Below, piece by piece: positions 26,642 to 34,617 of a DNA stretch of 64,000 nucleotides. The stretch's first letter is position 1; each line of letters begins with the position of its first letter. The position numbers and the translations under genes were made by a program. The notes under the pieces are model-generated. The model saw nothing but the letters and a program-made list of their open reading frames with translations, made no database searches and was not told where the DNA came from. This DNA comes from Solirubrobacteraceae bacterium (lineage in GTDB: Bacteria; Actinomycetota; Thermoleophilia; Solirubrobacterales; Solirubrobacteraceae): positions 22,199-86,198 of the forward strand of contig JBBATA010000001.1 in NCBI GenBank assembly GCA_040399005.1, in the 5' to 3' direction.

Positions 26642-27435
26642 CAGTCGGCCTCCACCTGCGCCGGGCGCCGCCACGGCATGGCGAGCCGCTCGGCCAGGGC
26701 CACGAGGCCGAAAAGCAGGAGCGTCAGCAGTGCGGTGACGGCCACGGCCCCGAAGACCAGGTCGGTTCGCAGGGCGTTCTTGGCACCGGTCATGTAGACG
26801 CCAAGGCCCTGTTCGGCCCCGACGAACTCGGCGACGATCGCCGCCACCAGCGAGTAGGCGACCGCCACCTTCAGCCCGGTGAAGAACTGGGGCATCGCGC
26901 TGGGGAGCCTCACCCGCCAGAGCAGCTGGCGCCGGCTGGCGCCCATCGTCCTGAGGAGGTCCATCGAATCCGGGTCCGAGGAGGCAAGGCCCTGGAGCGT
27001 GCCGACGGTGATCGCGAAAAAAGTGAAGAGGGCGACCAGGACCACCTTCGGCGTCTGGCCGAAGCCGAACCAGATCACCACCAACGGGGCGAGGGCGATG
27101 ATGGGGATCGTCTGGGAGGCGACCAGTAGCGGGTAGAGGCTGCGGCGGGCGGTGCGCGACCAGTCGATCGCAATGGCCAGGAGCACCGCCAGCACAATCG
27201 CCACCGCGATTCCGAGCACCGCCTCCTGGAGCGTGGTCCACGCTGCCGGGGCCAGGGCGGAGCGGTCGGCCCAGGTCGACTCGACCACCAGGCCGGGGCC
27301 CGGCAGGACCTCCGGCTCGACCGCAAATACGGAAACGACGAGCGCCCACGCCACGACCAGCCCGGCGAGGACCAGCGCCGGCGGCAGAAGGCGCCTCAGG
27401 AGCCGGCGCGAGGGCCGGTCGGCCGGGGTGCTCAC
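26638..27435 (-). CDS. ABC transporter permease (NitT/TauT-type)
   Basis: ORF 26638..27546 trimmed to the GTG at aa 38 ('VSTPADRPS'), so it does not overlap the divergent SBP gene. Six TM segments and EAA-like loop 'MGASRRQLLWRVRLPSAMP'. Confidence 0.8.
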   Translation of the reverse strand: MSTPADRPSRRLLRRLLPPALVLAGLVVAWALVVSVFAVEPEVLPGPGLVVESTWADRSALAPAAWTTLQEAVLGIAVAIVLAVLLAIAIDWSRTARRSLYPLLVASQTIPIIALAPLVVIWFGFGQTPKVVLVALFTFFAITVGTLQGLASSDPDSMDLLRTMGASRRQLLWRVRLPSAMPQFFTGLKVAVAYSLVAAIVAEFVGAEQGLGVYMTGAKNALRTDLVFGAVAVTALLTLLLFGLVALAERLAMPWRRPAQVEADW

Positions 27436-27525
27436 GCGGGGAGCGTACCCGCGCCGTGCTCCCGTTCCGCCCAAACCGCCGCCCCTATCGTCACGATTGT
27501 CGTCCCCCCGACCCGAAAGGAAGCC

Positions 27526-28554
27526 ATGACCACCCGCCGATTCCACCGACCTGCCGCCGCCGCCGTGATTGCGTGCACGGTGGTCGTAGCGGTAGCCGGC
27601 TGCGGGGGTTCCGGCGAGGGAGAGAGTGGCTCCGGCAGCGAGCAGGTGACGATCGCGCTCGACTACGCGCCGAACGCCAACTACCTGGGTATCTACACGG
27701 CGCTGGCCAAGGGCTACTTCGCCGACGAGGGCGTCAGGCCGAAGATCCTCCCCTACGCCAACACGCCGGCCGAAACCCTGATCAAGAGCGGCAAGGCCGA
27801 CCTGGGGATCAGCTACCCGCCCGACGTGGTGATCAACCGCTCGCAGGGCCTCAAGTACAAGGCAGTCGCCGCACTGGTCGCCGGGAACACCACCGAGCTC
27901 GTGGTTCTGGCCGACTCGAAGTACAAGCGCCCAGCCCAGCTCAGCGGCAAGCTCTACGGCGGCTTCGGGATCCAGAGTGACAAGGCGCTGATCACCGAGA
28001 TCATGAAGCGCGACGGCGCCACCGACCCGAAGTTCCGCCAGGTCGTGATCAACACGGCGGCCCTCGACGCGCTCAAGAGCGGGCGCGTCGACTACACGGC
28101 GATCTTCGCCGGGATCGACGACATCCAGGCGGAGAAGATGGGCATCGAGCTTCGCGGCTTCCCCTACCGCGAGTATCTGGGCGAGGCCGGCAACTACCCC
28201 AACGCCGTCTACGTCGCCGCCGACAAGACGATCGACACGCGGGGCGACCTGCTCAAGCGAACCCTGGCCGCCCTCGCAAAGGGCTACGAGTACGCGGCCG
28301 AGAACCCGGACGAGGCGGCGCGGATCCTGATCGACGCCAACGAGGCCACACTCGGCCGCGACCGGGCGATCACCATCGCCACCAGCCGGGTGGCCTCGAA
28401 GCAGTTCCTCGACCCGCAGACCGGGACCTGGGGGCCGATGGCCGACTCCGACTTCAGCGGCCTGGGCGCGATCCTCAAGCAGGGCGGAGTGATCAAGGGT
28501 GCTCCCCCGGCGCCCTCCGAGGTCTACACCGACTCGCTCCTGCCCGGGCAGTGA
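27526..28554 (+). CDS. ABC substrate-binding lipoprotein, NMT1/THI5 (ThiY-like) family
   Basis: 342 aa. Lipobox-like 'VAGC'. 'ALDYAPNANYLGIYTALAKGYFADEG...GKADLGISYP' matches the NMT1/ThiY pattern as I recall it. SD 'GAAAGGAAG'. Confidence 0.75.
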   Translation: MTTRRFHRPAAAAVIACTVVVAVAGCGGSGEGESGSGSEQVTIALDYAPNANYLGIYTALAKGYFADEGVRPKILPYANTPAETLIKSGKADLGISYPPDVVINRSQGLKYKAVAALVAGNTTELVVLADSKYKRPAQLSGKLYGGFGIQSDKALITEIMKRDGATDPKFRQVVINTAALDALKSGRVDYTAIFAGIDDIQAEKMGIELRGFPYREYLGEAGNYPNAVYVAADKTIDTRGDLLKRTLAALAKGYEYAAENPDEAARILIDANEATLGRDRAITIATSRVASKQFLDPQTGTWGPMADSDFSGLGAILKQGGVIKGAPPAPSEVYTDSLLPGQ

Positions 28555-29114
28555 GCGCCGCCGCCGAGCTGGCCGCCCGGGCGGCGCAGCTCGAGCCGAA
28601 GGCCGGGGCCACCGTCGTCATCGCCGTAGACGGGCGGGCCGGTGCCGGCAAGACCACCTTCGGGGAGGCGCTCGCCGGTGAGCTCGGCGCCGTTCACGTC
28701 GACATCGAGAACGCCTACCCGGGCTGGGACGGGCTCGAGGATGGCGCGCGCCTGGCCCGCGAGGAGCTGCTCGCGCCGATCGCTGCCGGCGAGCCGGGCG
28801 TGCTGCCCCAGTGGGACTGGCTCGCCTCCCGGCCCGGCGAGCCGCTGGTGGTCGACCCGCCGGAGTTCCTGGTCCTGAGCGGCACCGGTAGCGGGGCCAC
28901 GGCCAACGGGCCGTACCTGAGCCTGCTCGTCTGGATGGAGCTCGGCGACGACGAACGCCGCCGCCGGGCGCTCGAGCGTGACGGGGAGGTCTTCGAGCTG
29001 CACTGGGAGCGCTGGAGCCGGCAGGTGGAAGAGCACCTCGCCCGCGAGCAGACCCGGGAACGGGCCCACGTGGTTGTCGACACCAGTGGCGCGGCGCCGG
29101 TTCTCGTCCCCTGA
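28551..29114 (+). CDS. P-loop kinase-like protein (uridine-kinase-like fold, substrate unknown)
   Basis: 187 aa. GTGA overlap with the SBP stop. Walker A 'DGRAGAGKTT'. Confidence 0.55.
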   Translation: MSAAAELAARAAQLEPKAGATVVIAVDGRAGAGKTTFGEALAGELGAVHVDIENAYPGWDGLEDGARLAREELLAPIAAGEPGVLPQWDWLASRPGEPLVVDPPEFLVLSGTGSGATANGPYLSLLVWMELGDDERRRRALERDGEVFELHWERWSRQVEEHLAREQTRERAHVVVDTSGAAPVLVP

Positions 29115-29139
29115 CCGCAGGCGGGTACGATCGCCCGCG

Positions 29140-30051
29140 GTGCTCTCCCTGACCGAACTCCAGCGGCTCGCCGCCGACCACCCCGAGGCTCTCGAGGCGA
29201 CGGTCGCCGGCTTCGACATCGGCGGGCGCCCGTTCGACTTCGACCGCGAGCCGGCAGTGATGGGCGTAGTGAACATGTCGCGGGACTCCTGGTACCGGGA
29301 GAGCGTCGCCACGTCGCCCGAAGACGCGATCCGCAAAGGACGGGTGCTTGCCGCCCAGGGAGCCGACCTGGTCGACGTCGGGGCGGAGTCGACGATCCTC
29401 GACGCCGAGCGCGTCGGCGCGGCCAGCCAGATCGAGCAGCTGGTCCCGGTGGTGGAGGCGCTGAGCGCCGACGGGATCCTCGTCTCGGTCGAGACCTACG
29501 AGCCGGAGGTGGTCGAGGCCTGCCTGAAGGCCGGGGCCTCGCTGCTCAACCTGACCGGCACCGCCCACCACGAAGAGATCTACGCGCTGGCCGCCGAGCA
29601 CGGGGCGGCGGTCGTCCTCTGCTTCGTGCAGGGCGAGAACGTACGTGAGGTTGGCGACGTCGACCTCGACGCCGACCCGATACCCGGCCTGATCGCCCAC
29701 TTCGAGCCGCGGGTCCAGCAGGCACGTGCGGCAGGGGTCGAGCGGCTCTTCGTCGACCCGGGGATGGGCTTCTACTACGGCAACCTCCAGGACGGCGAGA
29801 CCCGCGTGCGCCACCAGGCGGGGATCTTCCTAAACACCTTCCGGCTGCGGACGATGGGGCTGCCCGTCTGCCACGCCCTCCCCCACGCCTTCGACTTCTT
29901 CGGCGAGGAGGTGCGCTCCGCGGAGGGCTTCTTCGCGGTGCTGGCCACCCTCGGGCGGACCGGCCTCTACCGCACCCACGAGGTGCCGCGGGTGCGCGCG
30001 GTTCTCGACACGCTCGCGGCGATCCGCCCCGAGGACGTCAACCCGCGCTAG
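29140..30051 (+). CDS. dihydropteroate synthase-like pterin-binding protein (divergent FolP paralog)
   Basis: ORF 28978..30051 trimmed to the GTG at aa 55. DHPS-type blocks 'VMGVVNMSRDSWYRES', 'ADLVDVGAEST', 'LVSVETYEPEVV', 'VDPGMGF' and 'RTHEV'. Confidence 0.75.
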   Translation: MLSLTELQRLAADHPEALEATVAGFDIGGRPFDFDREPAVMGVVNMSRDSWYRESVATSPEDAIRKGRVLAAQGADLVDVGAESTILDAERVGAASQIEQLVPVVEALSADGILVSVETYEPEVVEACLKAGASLLNLTGTAHHEEIYALAAEHGAAVVLCFVQGENVREVGDVDLDADPIPGLIAHFEPRVQQARAAGVERLFVDPGMGFYYGNLQDGETRVRHQAGIFLNTFRLRTMGLPVCHALPHAFDFFGEEVRSAEGFFAVLATLGRTGLYRTHEVPRVRAVLDTLAAIRPEDVNPR

Positions 30052-31033
30052 GCGCGACGGCGAGGGCTACGCCCTCTTCCCCGGTCGGCGAGACCTCGAC
30101 GGCGAGCAGCTCAAGGCCTGCCGCCTCGACCAGCGCCCCGAGGCCCTCGGGCGTGTGGCGGGCCGAGCGCAGCAGCCGGACGGGGCTGCCGGGCTCGAGG
30201 CTCACCTCGCCGGCGTCGAGCTCCAGCTCCACTTCCTGCGCCGGCTCGAGCCACGCGCCGACCGCCGCGACCGCTCCGGTCCCCGGATCGGCGAGCTCGC
30301 CGACGCGGATCTCCGCCTGGCCTGGCTCGAGCCCGTTCTCCTCGAGCAGCGCCCACAGCCAGCGCCGGGTCGGCTCGTTGTCGTACTGGGCGGCGATCTC
30401 GCCCAGCGCGCCGTCGCGGTCGGGCAGGAGGTTGGCGCTGACGGCGAGGAGGTCCCCCGGCCGGAGCAGGGAGAGCGCCGCCGACATGGCCTGGAAGGCC
30501 TCCATCCCGGGCAGGATTCCGTAGAGCGTTACCACTCTCGTCCCCGGCGCCTCCCCGACCATCGCGGGCAGGTCGGCGGCCGCCAGCCCGAGGTCGCAGA
30601 CCACCGGGCGACCGAGCGCGGTCCCAGCCGCGGCGGAGAAGCGGTCGACCGAGAGCTGCACCAGCGGGAGGCTCACGTCGACCGCGGTGGCGGTCAGCGG
30701 ACCGCTGCCGGCGAGCGAGTCGAGCAGGCGCCGCTCCTTGGCGCCGTCGCCGCAGCCCAGGCCGATCACGTGCGCCCCGGAACCGGCCACGCGGTCACCG
30801 ACCAGCCCGTTGACGAGGTCGTAGGCACGGGCGCCGTCGCTCTCGTCGCGGGACGGCGAGAAGGCGAGGGCGATCTCGCGCCAGAGCCGCGCCTGGCGCA
30901 CCCCGACGTAGTGCTGGCGGGTGGCGACCTCTCCGGCAACGAGCCCCTCGCGCAGTTCGGCGGCGAGCGCGTCGGGGTGGACGCTCTCGTGGACGACGAC
31001 GTCGATGAACGGCGGGCGGCCCACCGCGCTCAC
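30038..31033 (-). CDS. SAM-dependent methyltransferase, EgtD-like (Methyltransf_33-type) architecture
   Basis: ORF 30038..31171 trimmed to the GTG at aa 47, which overlaps the flavin reductase stop (GTGA). 'VIGLGCGDGAKERRLLDSL' and a later 'LLRPGDLLAVSANL' block. Family assignment is tentative. Confidence 0.5.
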   Translation of the reverse strand: MSAVGRPPFIDVVVHESVHPDALAAELREGLVAGEVATRQHYVGVRQARLWREIALAFSPSRDESDGARAYDLVNGLVGDRVAGSGAHVIGLGCGDGAKERRLLDSLAGSGPLTATAVDVSLPLVQLSVDRFSAAAGTALGRPVVCDLGLAAADLPAMVGEAPGTRVVTLYGILPGMEAFQAMSAALSLLRPGDLLAVSANLLPDRDGALGEIAAQYDNEPTRRWLWALLEENGLEPGQAEIRVGELADPGTGAVAAVGAWLEPAQEVELELDAGEVSLEPGSPVRLLRSARHTPEGLGALVEAAGLELLAVEVSPTGEEGVALAVAPSAG

Positions 31034-31536
31034 TCCCCTTCGGGCCTGAAGCCGCCGAAGGCGCCGCGGAAGAAGACCAGCGGCTCGGCGTCCTCTCGGC
31101 CCTCGAGCGCGCGGACCCGGCCGATGACGATCAGGTGGTCGCCGGCCGCCCGCTCCTCCTCGACCTCGCACTCGACCCAGGCGACGGCGTCGTCGAGGCC
31201 GGGGCCGTGCTCGCGCTCGTGCCAGCCAACCCCATCGAAGCGGTCGATACCCCGCGTGGAGAACGTTCGGCTCAGCTCCCCGTGGTGCCCGGCGACAACA
31301 TTCACGCAGAGCCGCCCGGCCTCACGCAGCCGCGGCCACGTGGTGGAGTCGCGCCCGACGCAGAAGAGGACGAGCGGCGGGTCGAGCGAGACCGAGCCGA
31401 ACGAGTTGCAGGTCATGCCGACCGGGCCGTCGCTGCCGCGGGCGGTGATGACGGTCACGCCGGTGGGAAGGTGGCCGAGAACCTTGCGGAATTGGCCGGG
31501 GTCGATGTCGGGGCCCGCCCCGCTCTCGGCGCTCAC
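31030..31536 (-). CDS. flavin reductase family protein (HpaC/NtaB-like)
   Basis: C-terminal 168 aa of track ORF 31030..32409, from the GTG ('VSAESGAGPDIDPGQFRKVLGHLPTGVTVITA'). The upstream part of that ORF is antisense to the SDR gene. Confidence 0.8.
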   Translation of the reverse strand: MSAESGAGPDIDPGQFRKVLGHLPTGVTVITARGSDGPVGMTCNSFGSVSLDPPLVLFCVGRDSTTWPRLREAGRLCVNVVAGHHGELSRTFSTRGIDRFDGVGWHEREHGPGLDDAVAWVECEVEEERAAGDHLIVIGRVRALEGREDAEPLVFFRGAFGGFRPEGE

Positions 31537-31632
31537 AGGCGCAGGATAGGCCCAGTGGCCGGGCAGATGGCACCGAAAGCGCCGGCGTGAAAAGCTCCAC
31601 GGGCCAACTGACCACGAGTTCAGGAGACAGAA

Positions 31633-32460
31633 ATGGGAATTCTTGATGACAAGGTGGCGATCGTCACCGGTAGCGCGCGCGGAATCGGCCGGGCAACGGC
31701 CGAGATCCTCAGCGAGCACGGAGCGAAGGTCGTCATCAACGACCTCGACAAGGACGTAGCCGAGGAGACCTCGAACGAGATCAAGGGCGAGACCGTCGTC
31801 TACGCCGGCGACCTCACCGACCCGAACGCGCCCAAGGAGCTGGTCGACACCGCGATCAACGCCTGGGGCAGGCTCGACATCATCGTCAACAACGCCGGCT
31901 ACACGCTCGACGCGCCGGTCCACAAGCTCTCCGACGACTGGTTCCAGCGGATGCTCGACATCCACGTCGTGGCCCCGTTCCGGATCATCCGCGAGGCCGC
32001 CCCATACCTGCGCGAGCCCGCCAAGAAGGAGAAGGAGGAGGGCGTCGAGGTCTTCCGCAAGATCGTCAACGTCTCCTCGGTCTCCGGAACGATGGGCAAC
32101 GCCGGCCAGGCCAACTACTCGGCCGGCAAGTCGGCCGTGGTCGGGCTGACCAAGACCGTCGCCAAGGAGTGGGGACAGTTCAAGATCAACGTCAACGCCG
32201 TGGCCTTCGGCTACATCGAGACGCGCCTGACCGCCTCCAAGGAAGAGAGCAACACCATGGAGATCGACGGCGAGAAGGTCCAGCTCGGAATCCCGGACCA
32301 GATGCGCGGCATGGCCGCGATGGTCATTCCGATGGGCCGGCCCGGCACCCCCGAGGAGGCCGCCGGCGGCGTCTTCTTCCTCTGCAGCCCGTGGAGCAAC
32401 TACGTGCACGGGCAGGTGCTGAACATCACCGGTGGCCAGTTCACCGGGATGACCACCTGA
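31633..32460 (+). CDS. SDR-family oxidoreductase (FabG-like)
   Basis: 275 aa. 'TGSARGIGRA' and catalytic 'YSAGK'. SD 'CAGGAGA'. Confidence 0.85.
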   Translation: MGILDDKVAIVTGSARGIGRATAEILSEHGAKVVINDLDKDVAEETSNEIKGETVVYAGDLTDPNAPKELVDTAINAWGRLDIIVNNAGYTLDAPVHKLSDDWFQRMLDIHVVAPFRIIREAAPYLREPAKKEKEEGVEVFRKIVNVSSVSGTMGNAGQANYSAGKSAVVGLTKTVAKEWGQFKINVNAVAFGYIETRLTASKEESNTMEIDGEKVQLGIPDQMRGMAAMVIPMGRPGTPEEAAGGVFFLCSPWSNYVHGQVLNITGGQFTGMTT

Positions 32461-32472
32461 GCTGAGCTACCG

Positions 32473-32500
32473 GCGCCCGGCCGCACAGGCGGCCGGGCGC
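32473..32500. terminator. perfect 12-bp GC hairpin between convergent genes (bidirectional terminator candidate)
   Basis: GCGCCCGGCCGC-ACAG-GCGGCCGGGCGC, read directly. Flanked by an outer CTGAGC/GCTCAG pairing. Confidence 0.55.
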
Positions 32501-32516
32501 TCGGCTCAGTACTGGC

Positions 32517-33152
32517 TCAGTTACTGACCTTCCTGACGCTGAAGCCCACCGCGTTGGTTCCGCGGTAGAAGGTTCGCGTCGAGTTGTTCGCGTACCAAGG
32601 CGACGGGAGCTTGCCGCTCCAGTCGTTGTTCAGGAAGTACGCGAAGTCGTTCGAGGCGGTCTGGCAGTTCAGGCCGGTGAGCGCAACATCGGTGTTGAGC
32701 AGCCTGATCTGGTAGTTGCCCCTCGGGAGCGACATGCCGCCGATCCTGTCGTTGTTCAGGACTCGGAAGGTGCCCGGGCAGGTGTGTCCGTTCGGGCTGG
32801 GGGTCGGGGTCGGCTCGGTGGCCGGGGTCGCCTGGAAGTCGACCTTGGTGCCGACCTTGGTGAAGCGGCGACGCTCGCCGGAAAGGAGCTTCACCGTCCA
32901 GCCCTTGGCCACGCGGCCCGAGGCCAGCCACTGCTGGAAGTACTTGGTCGACTGCGAGCAGCTGAGCTGGCTGGTGACCATGTTGTACGGGCCGGCCGGG
33001 AACTTGACCCCGGAGATCGTGTCGTTGTGCATCACCCTGAACTGCGGGCAGGTGCCGGCGGCGCCGGCGTCAGGGGCCTGGGCCATCGCCGACGGGGCGA
33101 TGAGCAGTCCGGAAACGGCAAAAGCGGTGAGGAACTTCGTTCTATTACGCAT
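32517..33152 (-). CDS. secreted protein of unknown function with an internal tandem duplication
   Basis: 211 aa. Signal-like 'LTAFAVSGLLIAPSAMAQA'. Two homologous roughly 80-aa units, each starting 'CP..FRV(M/L).ND.I.G...P.G.Y' and containing a second Cys. Confidence 0.55.
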   Translation of the reverse strand: MRNRTKFLTAFAVSGLLIAPSAMAQAPDAGAAGTCPQFRVMHNDTISGVKFPAGPYNMVTSQLSCSQSTKYFQQWLASGRVAKGWTVKLLSGERRRFTKVGTKVDFQATPATEPTPTPSPNGHTCPGTFRVLNNDRIGGMSLPRGNYQIRLLNTDVALTGLNCQTASNDFAYFLNNDWSGKLPSPWYANNSTRTFYRGTNAVGFSVRKVSN

Positions 33153-33221
33153 GGCCTGAGGATGGCACAGCCCCCGGCGTTCGCGCGCCGGTTCACCCGC
33201 AAGGAAAAGCGATTGCGCAGG

Positions 33222-33884
33222 TCAGGCGGCCTGGCCGCTACCGACCGGGCAGCTGACCCCGGTGCCGCCCAGGCCGCAGTAGCCGTTCGGCACCTTGTGG
33301 AGGTACTGCTGGTGGTAGTCCTCGGCGTAAAAGAAGGGGCCGGCCGGGGCGATCTCCGTAGTCACCGGCTCGTAGCCGGCGGCGCGCAGCTGCTCCCCGT
33401 ACATGCTCGCCGACGCCTCCGCCGCCTCACGCTGGTCTTCGCCGTCCCAGTAGATCGCCGACCGGTACTGCGTTCCGACGTCGTTGCCCTGCCTCATCCC
33501 CTGGGTCGGGTCGTGGCCCTCCCAGAAGACCTTCAGGAGCTCCTCGTAGCTGACCTTCGCCGGGTCGTAGGCAACGAGGACCGCCTCGGTGTGGCCGGTC
33601 TGCCCGGAGCAGACCTCCTCGTACGTGGGATTGGGAGTGGTGCCGCCCGCGTAACCGACCGCCGTCGAAACCACCCCGGGCAGCTGCCAGAAGATGCGCT
33701 CCGCCCCCCAGAAACAGCCGAGGCCGAAGACCGCGGTGCGGATGCCCTCGCCGAACGGCGGCTTCAGCGGTGCGTCGAGCACGGCGTGGCGCTCGGGAAC
33801 GCCGGGGATCTCCTGGTCGCGGCCGGGAAGTGTCTGCTCTGCCGTGGGAACCTTCAGGCGCGCGGCCATCCGGCTGCGCAGCAT
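33222..33884 (-). CDS. msrA: peptide-methionine (S)-S-oxide reductase
   Basis: 220 aa. Active-site 'GCFWG'. The start may be an internal Met. Confidence 0.9.
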   Translation of the reverse strand: MLRSRMAARLKVPTAEQTLPGRDQEIPGVPERHAVLDAPLKPPFGEGIRTAVFGLGCFWGAERIFWQLPGVVSTAVGYAGGTTPNPTYEEVCSGQTGHTEAVLVAYDPAKVSYEELLKVFWEGHDPTQGMRQGNDVGTQYRSAIYWDGEDQREAAEASASMYGEQLRAAGYEPVTTEIAPAGPFFYAEDYHQQYLHKVPNGYCGLGGTGVSCPVGSGQAA

Positions 33885-34558
33885 CAGCGCCCGCCGCCGC
33901 CGAAGATCTGCAGGAAGAAGAGGAAGATGTTCAGGATCGAGATGAAGATCCCCGCGGCGAGCGGGATGACCATCTCCTGGCCGGCTCGGCGCAGCACGTT
34001 GAAGTAGACGACGACGTAGGCGCCGAACAGGACCAGGCCGAGGATCGAGTAGATCAGCATCCCGCCGGGCAGGTTCACGAAGATCAGGACGATCCCGAAA
34101 ACGATCAGCGCCAGCAGGGCGAAGAACAGGAACCGGAAGAGGAACGAGAGGTCCTTGCGGATCGCGTAGCCGCCGGCCCCCAGCGCGGCGACGAAGAGCG
34201 CAGTGGCCCCGACCGCCTGGTAGACAGCCGAGGCGTCGGTGACCGCGTAGTACTTGACCGTGTAGCCGATCGAGATCCCGAGCAGCAGGCCGGTCGCGAA
34301 GAGCAGGACGAGCGCCAGCTGGGTCTTTCCCTTGGCGTTGGCGACGTTAAGGCCAATGATGCAGCCCAGCGCGAGGATCCAGGGCAGCAGGAACCAGAGG
34401 CCGCCGAGATCGCGTCCGATCCAGGCGCCAAGAGCGGCGAAGAGGCAGGTGATGGCCACCAGCCCCATCGTCTGGCTGAAGATCGCGATCGACTGCTCGC
34501 GGCTTACCGGAACCGATACGGGGACAGCGGGGGCCTGGGGATTCTGCGGAGTGGACAT
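33884..34558 (-). CDS. Bax inhibitor-1/YccA family membrane protein
   Basis: 224 aa, 7 TM segments, Pro/Gln-rich N-terminus. Its stop overlaps the msrA start (TGATG). Confidence 0.8.
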   Translation of the reverse strand: MSTPQNPQAPAVPVSVPVSREQSIAIFSQTMGLVAITCLFAALGAWIGRDLGGLWFLLPWILALGCIIGLNVANAKGKTQLALVLLFATGLLLGISIGYTVKYYAVTDASAVYQAVGATALFVAALGAGGYAIRKDLSFLFRFLFFALLALIVFGIVLIFVNLPGGMLIYSILGLVLFGAYVVVYFNVLRRAGQEMVIPLAAGIFISILNIFLFFLQIFGGGGR

Positions 34559-34617
34559 GGCGTGGATGATAGGCGCCCGTCGGTCGCGCGCAAGCCGGGC
34601 GCCGATAATCTGGCGCC

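Noticed and set aside
25859-27349. A single 496-aa ORF spanning the ABC ATPase and running antisense/out of frame through the permease region. Similarly, the 459-aa ORF 31030..32409.
   Set aside because: Only the C-terminal parts carry real motifs (an ABC ATPase from the GTG at 26641, and a flavin reductase from the GTG at 31536). The N-terminal extensions are Arg/Gly/Pro-rich and overlap the true permease gene or are antisense to the SDR gene.
27436-27525. A TPP riboswitch upstream of the ThiY-like substrate-binding protein gene.
   Set aside because: The leader is only about 90 nt and shared with a divergent gene. It lacks the conserved CUGAGA and ACCUGAUCUGGAUAAUGCCAGCG-type elements I know from TPP riboswitches.
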